DNA of 64,000 nt from Eledone cirrhosa. Taxonomy: Eukaryota. The notes beneath the pieces were generated by a model. That model was not told the origin of the DNA. It ran no database searches and saw nothing but the letters and a program-made list of their open reading frames with translations. Location of the stretch: contig OZ024749.1 in the NCBI GenBank assembly GCA_964016885.1, positions 48,794,001-48,858,000 on the forward strand, given 5' to 3'. The position numbers and the translations under genes are program-made. Positions 15,881 through 33,395 of this stretch are shown piece by piece; position 1 is the first letter of the stretch, and each line of letters starts with the position of its first letter.

Positions 15881-15945
15881 TATTTCATTATACATATTTA
15901 AGGGATACCAAATTAAAATATGGTACGCCTTCATCAGACAAAATA
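15881..15945 (-). ncRNA. Hammerhead ribozyme relic (G12 mutated)
   Basis: Minus strand TATTTTGT-CTGATGA-AGGCGTACCA(10-nt loop)TGGTATCCCT-TAAA-TATGTA-TA-ATGAAATA. 8-bp stem I with wobbles, ~9-bp stem II, GAAA changed to TAAA. The tail abuts the 15043-15839 (TA)n tract. Confidence 0.7.
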
Positions 15946-17679
15946 CAATATATAAACAGTTTTATAAATATAGTTTCCATTTATTTAATATCGTATATCT
16001 ACTCCCAAAACTTGTCGAGTACTTTATATCAGTTATAAATTATTTACTTGTTGTATCCCAACAATTTTAAATAGAACTTTTGCATATATATATATAACAG
16101 AATAATCTAAACTATGTTCAAAACATTGTATTGCTGACAATAATTTCTTCCAAACTTTCGTTTGGCAGTATCGGAGCTCTACCAGAGTTTAAACATATAA
16201 TTAACTTCCTATTCCACAGAACAATCATATAGAAACATAGATATTAATGTTGTCATCAGCTGTGTCATATTCACAGAGTGGAGATGTTGAGGTCAGTGTC
16301 AGTGGAGCGACAATGATTACAAAAGAATAATATAACAATTGAAGAGGAATTAGGGCAGAATGTTACTCGCAAAACGAGGACATTAGCAGTACATATGCAA
16401 GCCTATAGAGAGTGCAAATGTGTTAGGCATCTACAGAATAGAATGCACTAAAAATCATTTAGCTGAAGGGGGAAGTATTAAGTTGCGTTTGATGTCTCAT
16501 AAGGGATTGGTGAGTCAGAAAATATTGATAAACTGTTTGTTTTTATATCATTCCAGTACCATCATACGACTTCCGTAGATAATAAATCTAGAATTCAAAG
16601 GCACTAAGTCCTAGACTTCATATGTGATACGTTACTTATACATATTATTGATATATTCAAATGTGAAATGTCACAGCGCATGTTTTTTTTATTCATTCAT
16701 TGAAGGGAAATCATATATTAATGTCTTACCAACATGTATATACTTGTCCAAATACGTAGGAGTGAATTATTTGGTTAGATTGAGTCCAGTGCATTATATA
16801 CAATGTACGAACTAGCACAGCATGCTAGTATGGACTCCGAACAAGAGAATTAAGCAGATTTCATATATGCAGTCATCGTATGTAGCATAAAGCTTCTATA
16901 TATCTCTGCCCGAGAATTAGGAATATCGTGCATACGGGTGACATTTTATCAGTTTTCAAATTTGAAAGCTTTATATATATATATTTCAAATAAGAGGAGA
17001 GAATAGCAATCAGAAAGTCTATGAATATAGTCCTACCATATAGTTACTGGCATGATGTATAGGACAACATATATTGCTGGTTACATGTTCGAAAATCCGG
17101 TGATTGGCTCATTATTTTCATTTTCTATTCGTTCAATATTTATCATTCTCATTCTTGTTATGTTCTGATTATGTATTTTAGGTATCTGTGAGGAAAATGA
17201 AAAATAGATGTTGCTACGTTTCGCGCTTTGTTATTGTTTGGTTACAGTGTACTCTAAGTCTCTATTTTAAACATTCAAACACTGGTATCGCATTTTCTTG
17301 GCATTCAGTATTATTTGAAATGAAATAATTGCAATGTGTTTACGCCATAGGATCGTTTGGAAATAGGTATTCTCTGTTCCATTAATTATAATAATATTAA
17401 AATGATTTGAAGTGGTTTCAAATACTGGATATTAAGTGTAGGACATATATTATAGTGATGTAGGAGATATACATGAAAAATTTCTATGAATGTATGTTTC
17501 ATGCTCAGCAGAGCACACTTCAGCAGGATTTTATTCGTGTACGAACCTTGATTCCAAACATATCCATCGGAAGAATACTCAATTTAGCACGGAAATTACA
17601 GTCATGGAAAATAAATATATATTTTCAATATTATAATGGATATATGTGTGTATGTTTTTTTTACATATACACGCATGTT

Positions 17680-18460
<781 letters not shown>

Positions 18461-18985
18461 CTAAACAATTATTTTGGTTTGCTTTCCGAGCAATTATCTT
18501 ACCGAACCTTACTTCCTGCATCAATAAAACCAACAAACAAACCAAATAAACAAAAAGAGATTTCACAATACAATATTTGATATTATCCCGGCAACTTATC
18601 GACTCGGTCATTTTAATTCTGTATCATCTCCCAATTTAAAACAAACATTCCGCATTGCCTGAGGAAATATAAAAGAATTACCACAAATATATTTTTCTTG
18701 TTGATAATGGTTTTTTTCGATGTTATTATTTTTAGTTTTGTTTCTCTTTTTATTTCATAGTCACTATCTGATTTATATATTTATGTATTTATATATTTTG
18801 TTCAATGTGTAATTTTATAGATAATGAAAAGAAGAAAATAGAAAACAAAAAGTGAAAGAAATACAATTAAGGAATTCTGAGAGATAAATGAACAAATGAA
18901 CATATAAAAAAATATATAAATTATATCCTGAAACATATAAATCTTGGGATAAATGTGAGAGTGTATTATACCATTTTCTCCCTAC

Positions 18986-19652
<667 letters not shown>

Positions 19653-20661
19653 GAAATGGTAAAGCTTGCCTGAAGAAGAGAATTGTTGTTGTGTGTGGAT
19701 TTCTGTAATTATAGGAAATGTTTAAGTGTCTGTTGCTTCGAGATATTAAATTTGGGCAAGATTTGTGTTCAAGTCACGGTCAGAATTGTGTGAAGATCGC
19801 AGTACTGCCAGTATTATTTAGTTATAATTATTTATCTTCTTAAATAACAACATATTCCTATCACGTTTCCAATGCTTCTTCCTTCTACTACCTTAGCTTT
19901 ATACTGATTATTCTCATCGCTCTTCATAATATTGCACACAAGCCCAACAGATTAATATTTCGAGATAGAGACGGGAACAATAATGTTTCTATTACATCTT
20001 GAATCGTGTCACTACTAACATTTAAGTTATATAAAATAAAATATGAATTTTAAAGAATATATTTGAATGGATGTCACAGCCAACAAGAGAGGCATGTTAT
20101 TATTTTGACCACTATTATTGCTTTGAATATTTCACTCAAACAACTCATCTGTAAATCGGGTTTGATTAATGAGTTTCAGAAACTCAGGTTTATTATTGCT
20201 GAACACCCAGGGAAATCAAAGTTCCTAGATATGTTAGTTATTCTAATTATCCAGTGATTACACAGCAATAATAATAGTTATTTTTCCGTCAAAGAACACA
20301 GTTGTCACAAACAATGATGCGATTTGTAAACAGCTTACATAATTTTTATCCAAAATGTTTTCTGGAATCAAATCTTACCACGTTCAACGATTCCTCCCTA
20401 TTCCGGGCGTAGATGCAGAAACGCTGCTAACACCAATGTCACACTGACGAGCGAAAACCTCCTGTACGAAGGATGTACAGGTCTTGATTTAAACGAAAAT
20501 CAAACAAATAATGTACCATCCTGGGGTAAATGTAGAACAGTATTGAAATGTTGGTAGGGTTTGAATCAGCTACTTCGGGACGACAGAGAATCTTGCCAAA
20601 CCCGCTGAAAATAAAGAGACAGTTAATTCTGAATATGTTTCTCTTTGCTATTTTCAACAAT

Positions 20662-20701
<40 letters not shown>

Positions 20702-21244
20702 ATCATGATGATAAAGAGGATTGTAGTAGTGGGGATCGTAGTTGTCATCGAAGTCGTCGTCGTATTTTCATTACACTATTGACTAATGTGAAATTGGGGA
20801 ATGTGGGACCGAAATTGGTACAAAAAAGTAACATTTAGAAACACGAACGCAAAGTACTTATTGCATATTTCCTAATCGCATGGTGGAGATTTAATTTATT
20901 ATACACGGAAATTAAAAATAGGATATAATATCAATTAAACCTTCTATTCCTTAAGAATGAGTGAGCGGATCATTTTGAAGTGTGAATGTGTGTATGTTTG
21001 AATGTATTAAAGAGGCATAGTGAGCGAACGTTTGAGACCAATACTCAGATAAACTGAAGTATGTTAGGTAGATGTTTATCTGTGTCTGAATGTATCAACT
21101 ACTTAATTTATTGATCAAAGATTTTGAAACAGAAATTTGCACGTGTTTCAACTTAGGAAATAAAAACTATTTCTTTTATAGTATCGCGTATCCCTTCAGG
21201 GTCTTATAATGACGTTTCCTACGATTGCTCATAACAGAAATATA

Positions 21245-21390
21245 GTGAAAGGAGAGTAGGGAATTAAATCGATGAGAGTAATTTTATTTGGTACCATTTT
21301 ATAGATCCCGAAGTGATGAAAGGTAAAGTAGAAACAAGCAGAATGATAAAAGGAAACTAAATAAATACTGCAAGGCATTTGTTTGCTGCT
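21245..21390 (-). mobile_element. SINE family 1, degenerate
   Basis: ATTAAATCGA...GGTAC..TTTTATAGATCCCGAAGTGATGAAAGGTAAAGT. Confidence 0.55.
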
Positions 21391-21640
21391 GTCTCCAAGG
21401 CTTCTGGTATTCCAAAGCCCAGCAAGACATATTTCACTTTATAGAGGTGTACAAAGTAGGAAAGTTTCTAAGTATTTGTAAAATATGGTTTCGTTTGAAT
21501 GTTTAATAGTTATTTTTTAATGTATGTTGTGTTTCTTTGAATATAACTGTTTCTATGTTTGACCGCGAAAACGTTTTTGTAAATGTACACACACACACAC
21601 AATACATTATTTAGTTCCCTTTTATATGTCTAGTCGCATG

Positions 21641-21724
<84 letters not shown>

Positions 21725-21861
21725 ATACCGACTTGTCTCTTTAATGGATAAGATATATCTTCCTACTTCTTATTGTTCTCGAATCAGATTTCCACCTTCC
21801 TTTGTAGTAATCGCCTGCTATCTGCTACCAACGCATGTCATTCCACGAGTCTTCAATGTAA

Positions 21862-22045
21862 TAATTGTTTCTACTTTTGGCACAAGGCCAGCAATTATCT
21901 CAGTGTATTACTGGTACTTTATTTTATCGACACCGTAAATATGAAAGCAAAGTTAATCTCGGCGGGATTTGAAATATGAACGTAAAATATCGTAAATATA
22001 TGCTGCAAAGCATGGCGTCAGACCCTCTACCGATACTGCCAATAA
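21862..22045 (-). mobile_element. SINE family 1
   Basis: High similarity to 34633-34824. Confidence 0.85.
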
Positions 22046-22441
22046 ATAATGGTGGTGGCATAGGGCTGCTCAAGCAAAACGCGTCTCAGCTCTTACTCTT
22101 ATTCTATATCCAACATTGGAGTTAACAGCCAGATATATTGCTATCAATTTTCTGTCCTTTTACCTTCGCCATTATCTGGTACCACCTTTCATCATATTCA
22201 ACTCCATAACATTATAACCAATCCAATCATCCTGTCTATACAATTGGCTACATGTCATTGTGGTTAACAAATCTATTTTTCCTTAAAGATGCGTTTATAT
22301 ATATATATATAATATATATATATATATTAAAAACTCCATACATTCTTGTAAAGTATTCATACACAAGTATTCATACCCATGTTCCCACTCAGATATATAC
22401 TAACATCCACACACTCATATATGCATGTATCTATCTATCCA

Positions 22442-22890
<449 letters not shown>

Positions 22891-23716
22891 ATGCCTCTCT
22901 GTTGTGTGGGATGGGAGTTGTGTATGTGTAGGAAGAATGGAAATAATAAATAATCCAATATTCCAATATCATATTGTTCTCAAAATTACATCTTATGTAT
23001 CGCATCTTTTGGCATGATATTGTTATGATACGCCTCTATGATTGGATTGCCATTTTTCCTAATGATGTATTATGCTAATTATTCTTACAACAATACTTAT
23101 AGACTAACAGAGATGTCTAATTATGTACAATGCAACATACGACAGGTGCCATTCGCATGGGTGCTTGTCCATTCATGTGATATAATGTAAAGTAAATTGT
23201 AACCTACAACTAAAAGAATCTCATTTGAAACGGTTCTCCTAAGACAGAGCTGATGTAAATGGCAGTCGCCTTGTAGTTCATTAATCAACAACATAGCATT
23301 TGGTAATGGGGAATCGAGTGGAAAAGAAACTATTTGATATAAGTAATTTAGAAACTGAAAAATAGAAAAGAATTAACTTTCAAACACTGATAAAACTTGT
23401 AACTTAGAAAGCGATAAGGCTTGCAGTACGATACGACTTGACACTTTGCAACATTCCAATGAAACATACGTCGCATAGTTCTTTATCTGGAGCAAATAAT
23501 AATGATTTATACTTAAATGAATCTTCCCCAGCCATACAATAATACACATAGAAAGTTAATGTATTAATAACTAGCAGAATGGCCCGGCGTTGTTCGGGAT
23601 TTGCTCTAGGGTTCTTATATATTTGATATATATTTATACTTATCGAGCCTCGTGAAATAAATACATTTGCTTATATTTTGTTATTGTGTATGCAAAAATA
23701 TCTGTACACGAAAATA

Positions 23717-23753
<37 letters not shown>

Positions 23754-23769
23754 TTATTTATTAAAATAA

Positions 23770-23843
23770 CAGATTAAAGTTTAAGCAAAGAATCGCTGCT
23801 TTCACCCTTAATGGGATCTTCTGAAACTAACAAAGTCAATCTG
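23770..23843 (-). ncRNA. Full-length type I hammerhead-like motif with CAGAAGA core
   Basis: Minus strand CAGATTGA-(CTTTGTT bulge)-AGTTT-CAGAAGA-TCCC(ATTAA)GGGT-GAAA-GCA(9 nt)TGC-TT-AAACT-TTAATCTG: bulged 5+8 bp stem I, plus stems II and III. Confidence 0.7.
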
Positions 23844-24279
23844 GAAACGCAGAAGAGAATATTTCAAAAAACATTGCAACCGGAGGAAGACAGGAAGACG
23901 ATACTTTGGTTCGTGGAAACGTTCCCTGGCAAAGAACGGGAAAAAACAAATATAATACGTCATTATTTGGAGCGGTGAAAAACAATTACGGTTCTTATAT
24001 ATTTGATATATATTTATCCTTATCGAGCCCTCTTTGGATTTTAGTCTTCAAATTTTTAATTATTACTATATATAGTCTTCAAATTTATTATTATTATTAC
24101 TATTACTATATATATATATATATAACAGTACAGAATACATCGGCCTCGGGATGGTGTCTACAAAAAATTGTCGTAGATTACCAGGGTTTTTTTTCCCTGC
24201 GAAGAAAATCAATAATGTGTTGCGAAATAAATACTTTTGTTTATATTTTGTTATTGTGTATGCAAATATATCTGTACAC

Positions 24280-24356
<77 letters not shown>

Positions 24357-24359
24357 TAA

Positions 24360-24435
24360 CAGATTAAAGTTTAAGCAAAGAATCGATGCTTTCTCCCTTA
24401 ACGGGATTTTCTGAAACTAAAAAAAAAACAATCTG
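24360..24435 (-). ncRNA. Second copy of the CAGA-core hammerhead-like motif (degenerate core CAGAAAA)
   Basis: Near-identical to 23770-23843; stem II TCCC/GGGA is fully paired. Confidence 0.55.
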
Positions 24436-24473
24436 TGAACGCAGAAGTAAATATTTCGGAAAACGTTACACAC

Positions 24474-24504
<31 letters not shown>

Positions 24505-24832
24505 CGCGTCATAATGTCGTAATGCAGAGAGCCAGACATACAGACGGATATTATATGGGCGCAACGTTATATCTATGTATCTATCTAAAATGAGAAAGTC
24601 TAAGAATTATATAGAGAGATCGATAAATCGCCTAATGCGGCCCCGAGGTTATTGACATTTTTCTCATAACACTCACAGGACCATAGGTATTACATATGTA
24701 ATGTTTGAAAACAATCGGTTGGGTGGTTCTCGAGTTTGAGTGAGGTGACAGACAGGGAGACAATCTCTGTTTTAGATATCTAGACTAGCAGAAAACCACC
24801 CGCCGGGTAGTTTTCTGCTAGTATATATATAT

Positions 24833-25097
24833 ATTACACACACAGAAATGTATATATATTTCTGTGTGTATATATATATATATATATTACACACACAGAA
24901 ATGTATATATATTTCTGTGTGTATATATATATATATATATTACACACACAGAAATGTATATATATTTCTGTGTGTATATATATATATATATTACACACAC
25001 AGAAATGTATATATATTTCTGTGTGTATATATATATATATATATTTCTGTGTGTGTATATATATTATACACACACAGAAATGTATATATGTTTCTGT
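24833..25097. repeat. Tandem array of ~50-bp self-palindromic units
   Basis: ACACACAGAAAT-GTATATAT-ATTTCTGTGTGT separated by (TA)n; about 5 units. Confidence 0.9.
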
Positions 25098-27512
25098 AGC
25101 ACTCCTCAATTCCCCCTCTCTCCCTCCCGCTATCCCCCTCTTGTAGTCTGTCTCTTTCTTTCACTCTCACTCTCTATCTGCGCGTGCGCAAAAACATTCG
25201 CACGCGCGCACGTGTTTTAGCGTCTATTCCCTCTCTCTCTCTCCCTCTCTCCCTCCCGCTATCCCCCTCTCGTAGTCTTCTCTTTCTTTCACTCTCACTC
25301 TCTCACTACGCGTGCGCAAAAAACATTCGCACGCGCGCACGTGTTTCCACTGTCGGGCAGACAGACACAGAAATTGCTGGTTATATATTATAAGGAGATT
25401 ACATATACATATGTAACTATGTATATCGGCATCATCATCCCCATTATATATATATATAATATGGGCCGAAGCCGAAAAAAATTTTGTTTGGCAGCTCTAA
25501 TTGCGCCTTAATTTTATTCAAAAAATTGTATACTAACATATTCGAATACCAGACACTATTGGAATCAACAATAGCAGCGTCCTGAGGGTCATTACAAAAC
25601 ACAAATTTGCGAGAATTATTGTTTAAGGCTTGGAAGGTTGTAAAAAAATCCGCAAAATCTTCCATTCTTTAAAAAAAAAAAAATATTTTTAATAATATTT
25701 AAATAACTGGCGGTTAGAAAAAAATATTCCTATGAAATTTTAATCATACCATTAGGTGTGAATAAGGAAATATTTTTTTATTGTCAAAACAAATGTTCAA
25801 AAGTTAAACTTCAATTTTTTGAATTATTTCCGATTTTTTCATGAAGTTGAACACTGGACATTGGCTGCTGCAAATGGAAATTAAATCGTATTTTATTGTA
25901 TTTAAATTTCTAACCTTATTTTATTATTTATATTTTTTCAATAAGAAATAAAAAAAAACAACAACAAAAATTGAAGAAAAAAATTGAACAAATCAAAGGT
26001 AGGTTATGGTACTGCGCAATCTGATTAATAAATTACCTCATCAGCAGCAATCTTCTTCAAATGGTCCTTATTATCAGCAGCAACAACCACAAATTCAATG
26101 GCAACCTTCTTCGCATGGTGTCGAGTCAGAACCGCCTCGAACTGGTTACTTCTGGCTTGTGCAAGGTGTCTCTATAGCAACCAGCGATTCCCTCGGCCTC
26201 AGTGACCAAAGTCAGTGGAGAGGGGAAGGTAATGTTTCTGTAGCACGTGTTTTAGCGTCTATTCACTCTCTCTCTCTCCCTCTCTCCCTTCCGCTATCCC
26301 CCTCTCGTAGTCTGTCTCTTTATTTCACTCTCACTCTCACTCTCTCTCTACGCACGTGTTTCCACTGTCGGACAGACAGACAGAGAAATTGCTGGTTATA
26401 TATATAAGTAGATGAACCAAACTTGAGTATCTCAATAGCATATAATAGAAACGTAAATTTATGACAACATATATCTCAACATTCTGCATCAACCCTTTTT
26501 ACTCTGGTCGAAATGTTACAGGATTTCGTATTTCAAATATTTACAATAGGTATACCATCAAAATGAGTGATATATTTATGATGATGAAAATGTATCAACG
26601 AAAACACTATTTCTATTATCGTGTAGTACTTTCTAGGCAAAATTTCCCTCGTGAGAATATATCCATCAAATTCTATAAAAAACTTACGAAAATGACCTGC
26701 TAAAAAGCTTCTGTTATACGCTAATTAGAAGTAACATTGATGAGAGGGCTTCTAAATGTTCGCTCTACCTACTTGCTTTTGCAACAAGGCTTAATTTAAA
26801 TTACACACTGACATCTTTAAGATCGAATTCATGTAAAATATATACTAATTGAAACCTTTGCTTATATAGGAAAGATACGTTCGTTTCTTAATCTAGGTAT
26901 CTCAATGCAAACATGTTATTACAGTGTATTATAATGTGCGTGTTGCTGTTATAACTGAAATGATAGCGCTGGTCAAATATATGTTGAATTCTCTGGGGTA
27001 CATAAAATGAAGTACCAGTCATATACTGGTTCTGATTTAATCGATTTCCTATTCCCTTAAAATTTCTGTCCTTGTGCCAAAATAAGTAAAACATTATGTT
27101 TATTCACCAGATTAAAAGTAAAGACAACAACGAGGGAATATGTGCCTGTCTTAAATTGGCATTCAATTTCAAGAGATTATAATCATGAAATTAAAAATAA
27201 AACGTATAATTTAAACAAACATAACGTGTATATACTTCAACAATAAATTTAGATAAAAACAACAGAAAATCAAGGAAGCAAAGCAAAAGCTTGTAGTGTA
27301 TATGAAAAGACATTAAAAAAGAGGTGTAAAATGTTTATACAACTTCACTAATATAATTATATGTAAACCCAATAAGTTTGAAACTTGATGAAATTATATT
27401 ATCATAAAGCATCTAATAACACATGGCTTAAATAAATGCTGCTAACTGATTAAACATACAAACATGCATAAACATTACATTAGCAATCATATACTCACAC
27501 ATCCATCTAAGT

Positions 27513-28283
<771 letters not shown>

Positions 28284-28666
28284 GCATCCAATACGTGCAT
28301 ACATACATACATGAAACATTTGTGTTTGAGTATCTACGTGTATGTACATGCTTATAGCGTAATTCCGTCTTTATGGCAGAGTTAAATTTCTTAATGAATT
28401 TCTCCCTTTCGTTGGCACGAGCGAAGCGCAAGATCTGGCATTATATAAACACTACAACGCATGTCTATGTTATGTTTGTTGTTAAAACAACATTGCTTAC
28501 GTTTATTTAAGGAAAAGTTGTCATAATTTGTTCTGTAATATTAATCTGCTTGATTTCACTTGGCAACATCAAAATTCTCATTACAAATCTAATCTGTACT
28601 TGTGCAGTCTCTTTGTCTATGAAGGAGTGCATGTACATACATATATACATACACACATAGATACAT

Positions 28667-28772
<106 letters not shown>

Positions 28773-28773
28773 C

Positions 28774-28807
<34 letters not shown>

Positions 28808-28871
28808 TTATTTATTAAAATAACAGATTAAAGTTTAAGCAAAGAATCGCTGCTTTCACCCTTAACGGGAT

Positions 28872-28932
<61 letters not shown>

Positions 28933-28936
28933 ATGT

Positions 28937-29003
<67 letters not shown>

Positions 29004-30419
29004 ATAGAGAGATATGCGTGGATGTTCTAGTGTGTATTTATATGTTTATATATGTGTTCGTATATCTATATTAATGCGCGCAGGCATAACCCAGTGGTTG
29101 AATGGTTCGCTTTTCAAACTTGTTGCTAGTTCTTATTCCAATATTTCACACCTTGTTTACAATATTGTTTATCATAGTCTCGGACTGACCCAAGATTTCT
29201 AAGGTGAAGTGATTAAAAGAACATTTTATTTTGCCCTGGTCTTAGGAGCACACGTAGTACAACATTTCGTCTTTGAGATATTTTTTGTCAGCCTGTTTCA
29301 GCATGAGGATCGATTTTAAGATGTATCATTCTTATGGTAAACTGAGCCAGATGAATGTTAGTGCAACGAATAGGTAGTTGATTCAACTGAACGCCTGAAT
29401 ACTCATAATCGAAACTGTTGGCGTGCAGGAGAATAAAGAGAAAGGTAGAGAGAGAGAGACGTAAAATTAAACCGCGGCTCCAAGGGTGTGCCTGAGAGTG
29501 TATTTTTTTTTTGTATAATTTGCCTGTACGTATGTGGGTGTATATTATGTGCCGTGCCTGTATGAATCTTCATATCAATGTGTACCTGTGTCAACTACAT
29601 GGAGGTTATTTTGATAAAGGGAAATAACTCATTTTATACATGTTTACATTAACTCCCTTCCAAATTGTATTCTCTAAGTCGATAAATAAGAAAAATGGCT
29701 GACACTAAATTATTTATACATCCATAATCTAAAAGTTATATTCCTTTCAATATATACGACCATGTGGGTCTGCAGAAGAGACTAACACCCATTTCGTTTC
29801 TACTATGAAAAAAGCCTTCAAAAACTTTCCAACGAATCGCCTGAATAAAGCGCATGCGTGGAACAATATGTTTTATGGCGGTTGCAGCACCTTTAAAATC
29901 CTAATGTTCCATATCACATTGACTCGACTAATGGTAAATGAAGAAAACACCACCATTGTTAATAGTTATATTGCTGATGATCATACAAACTCATTTTGTT
30001 TTTGGTGTTATACTTATGATAATTATTATTATTAATACCATTATTATCATTAATGTCATAATTGCTAGCCTTGTGCCAAAATTAGAAACAATTATTATCA
30101 TTAATGTTGTTGTTGTTGTTGATGTTGTTGTTGGTGGTGGTGGTGATGTTGTTGTCGTCCTCGTTGTTGTTGTTGTAATTACGATCATGTTTTTTTTTTT
30201 TTTTTTTTTTTTTTTTGTGTGTTTTCTCTTTTCTGTACATTCAGCCTATCTTGTGTTACTATTATTAATTGATAACGGAATGTTATCATTAAACATTTTC
30301 AGCTCTACGTTTTATTTTTATTTTTTTTATATAGCTACCATTGTTTCAGCTCAGAGCTCAGATACACACGCACATACACACACACACAACACACACATAA
30401 AACTCAGACACACACACCC

Positions 30420-31064
<645 letters not shown>

Positions 31065-31683
31065 CGATTTTCAGATGATGGTTTTCATATTATATTCTAT
31101 ACAATTGTTGTTTATCACAAACGCTATTTATCTACACTTTTTAGCTCTGCAATTCCTAATACCAATAATGATTTTGTTCGAACAGGGATGAAAGTTATCT
31201 CAGATGTAAGTAATTCGGTTTGGCATTTCTCTGTGGAAGAGATCCGATTGTGAATACAAATATAACTACCGATTCTTCCTTACATCAAATGTATTTTAAT
31301 CTGTTTGTATTCTTTAAATATTCACTGGATAATCTCAAAACCGATATTCACCGTACGGCTAAGCATTATTATTATAATCTCTGTTTACATAACTGTTATT
31401 ATATTTCATTATATTTATTGTCGTTGTTATTATTATTATGTTTGTACTGTTAGCTCTATTAAACAATGACTATTCATTAATGCGTTCATATTGTTATTGC
31501 TATAGCAAACTTGTCTTATAATAAATATTACTCTGGTCATTGTTTCTCTATTATGTATTGAATATTATTAATGTCCCTAAATCTAGGGTCCTCATTACAA
31601 AGGAAATGAATCATTATAGTTTTTATAGTTTGTTTTCTCTGCAGAAATTCATGTGTATGATAAAGAGATAATAATAATAATAA

Positions 31684-31900
31684 CGGTTTCTTATATAGGC
31701 ACAAGGTCAGCAATTTTTGGGGAAGAGAAAGTCTATTAAATCGAACCCAGCTGCATGACCGGTACTTTATTTTGTCGACCCCGTACGGATGAAAGGCAAA
31801 GTTAATCTCGGCGGGGTTTGAACTCAGACCATAAATGGCCGTAACTCTTTGCTATAAAGCATGGCGTCAGACCCTCTACCAATACTGTCAATCCACAGCC
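31684..31900 (-). mobile_element. SINE family 1
   Basis: Full-length reverse copy with a (TAA)n tail at ~31668-31684. Confidence 0.85.
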
Positions 31901-33286
31901 TTTATAACAACAATAATAATAAATATTATTATTAATATTATTGTTGTTGTTATTGTTGTTGTTGATGGTGTTGTTGTTGTTGTTGTTTTTGTTGTTTTTG
32001 TTGTTGTTATAATTATAGTATGTGGTAAGAACCTGTCAGGAGAGCTGGACAGCAGAAGGTCTTCAGGGAAGAAACACCATTTAGCCCTAAAACCTTTATT
32101 GCCGTGTTCTGTCGTCTTTCAAAATTGATTTGAGCAAATGAGGGAATTTGCTGCTCTTTTCAAAAGCTGAGACAAGAGGGTCAATATGTAAATGTATGTA
32201 ATATCATTTACCTCCGGATTACCAACACCAGCTAACGCTATGTTCAGTAAACTTCCAATCACAAGCCGTCATTCACAAATAACTAACCATTAAGATGTTT
32301 GCTAATGACTATAGGTTCAGGTTACACTGCAAACTTGCACAAATGGTACAATCATTCATTGTTATTGCTTAGTCATTCGTCATACTGATCGAGCAGACTA
32401 ATTATAAATGGAATCCCAGTCATAAGATCCCTATTTATCACGCGTCCATATAATCAAATATATCCGTTTAGAGACGATTTAACGAGACAAGACGGCAGTT
32501 TCTTGAACATGGACAATTATATAGCAACTTTTTCATTTACTTCCTTTCCAGTGTGAAATGTACCTGCATGGAGTAGCAACCTATTCTCTCTGATGCTATA
32601 TCCTACCTAACAATACGTAAAAATCTATTGAATTATTGAATAATATAACTTGAGATAAAAACAAAAGCAACAACGTGTTTGATCATGACTGAAACACATC
32701 TGAAATAGTTATAAAGCTACTATGACATGAAGAAACAGAACAACAAAAATATGCGAGTAAAAATTAATGATATTTTATGTTTAGTGTTTTCTTCTTTTCT
32801 ATTAGATAGTTAATAATACATTATTTAATAGTTAGCTTTCCATTTGAACCGAAAATGCCGTGTATTTTTACCAAAATAATGTCTTCGAAGATTGAAAAAA
32901 AAAGTTACAATGACACATTGTGAAATCTGATAAACTAATTAAGAAAGTAGCAAAAGAGAAGAAAGGAAGAATATAATATGAAGTGAAAATTGGAATAAAC
33001 GTGCAAAATAAATAGTATTATCTCAAATATTCCTATTATATAGCACAGAGCGGAAAGAAATAGAAAAATAAAGAAGAAAAATCCATCTAATTTTCATTTC
33101 TATACGGATATCGGTTTCTCTGCAAAATTCATCATGTGATTTTTGAATGAGCATATCTATTTCCTTAGAGTCATTCATATATATTATACCGTAACAATAT
33201 GTAGGTTGAGATGATTGTGGACTAGGAACAGAACTAAAGAAAAATATATGAAGTGTATTGTAGCATTGTGTACCTAACTCTCCTTT

Positions 33287-33395
<109 letters not shown>

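Larger units (their letters stand above)
23569..26413 (+). mobile_element. Composite/tandem non-autonomous Helitron/Helentron-like (Lep1-like) cluster
   Basis: 5' motif ACTAGCAGAA..CCCG..CGGG at 23569 and 24784; (GACA)n-containing 3' ends closing in TATA..AGA(T) at ~24783, ~25400 and ~26413; ~170-bp block duplicated (25215-25395 vs 26245-26410). Confidence 0.65.

Noticed and set aside
20438-20490. Hammerhead candidate CTGACGA-GC-GAAA
   Set aside because: No stem II and no convincing stem I; only an unrelated 7-bp hairpin.
24833-25097. CRISPR-like palindromic repeats
   Set aside because: The intervening sequence is only (TA)n; this is a minisatellite.
25444-25665. 73-aa minus-strand ORF
   Set aside because: Lies in a transposon-like segment and runs into (TA)n; no recognisable protein motif.
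26030-26050. TCATCAG core (also at ~16253 and ~57003)
   Set aside because: No correctly placed GAAA partner and stems.
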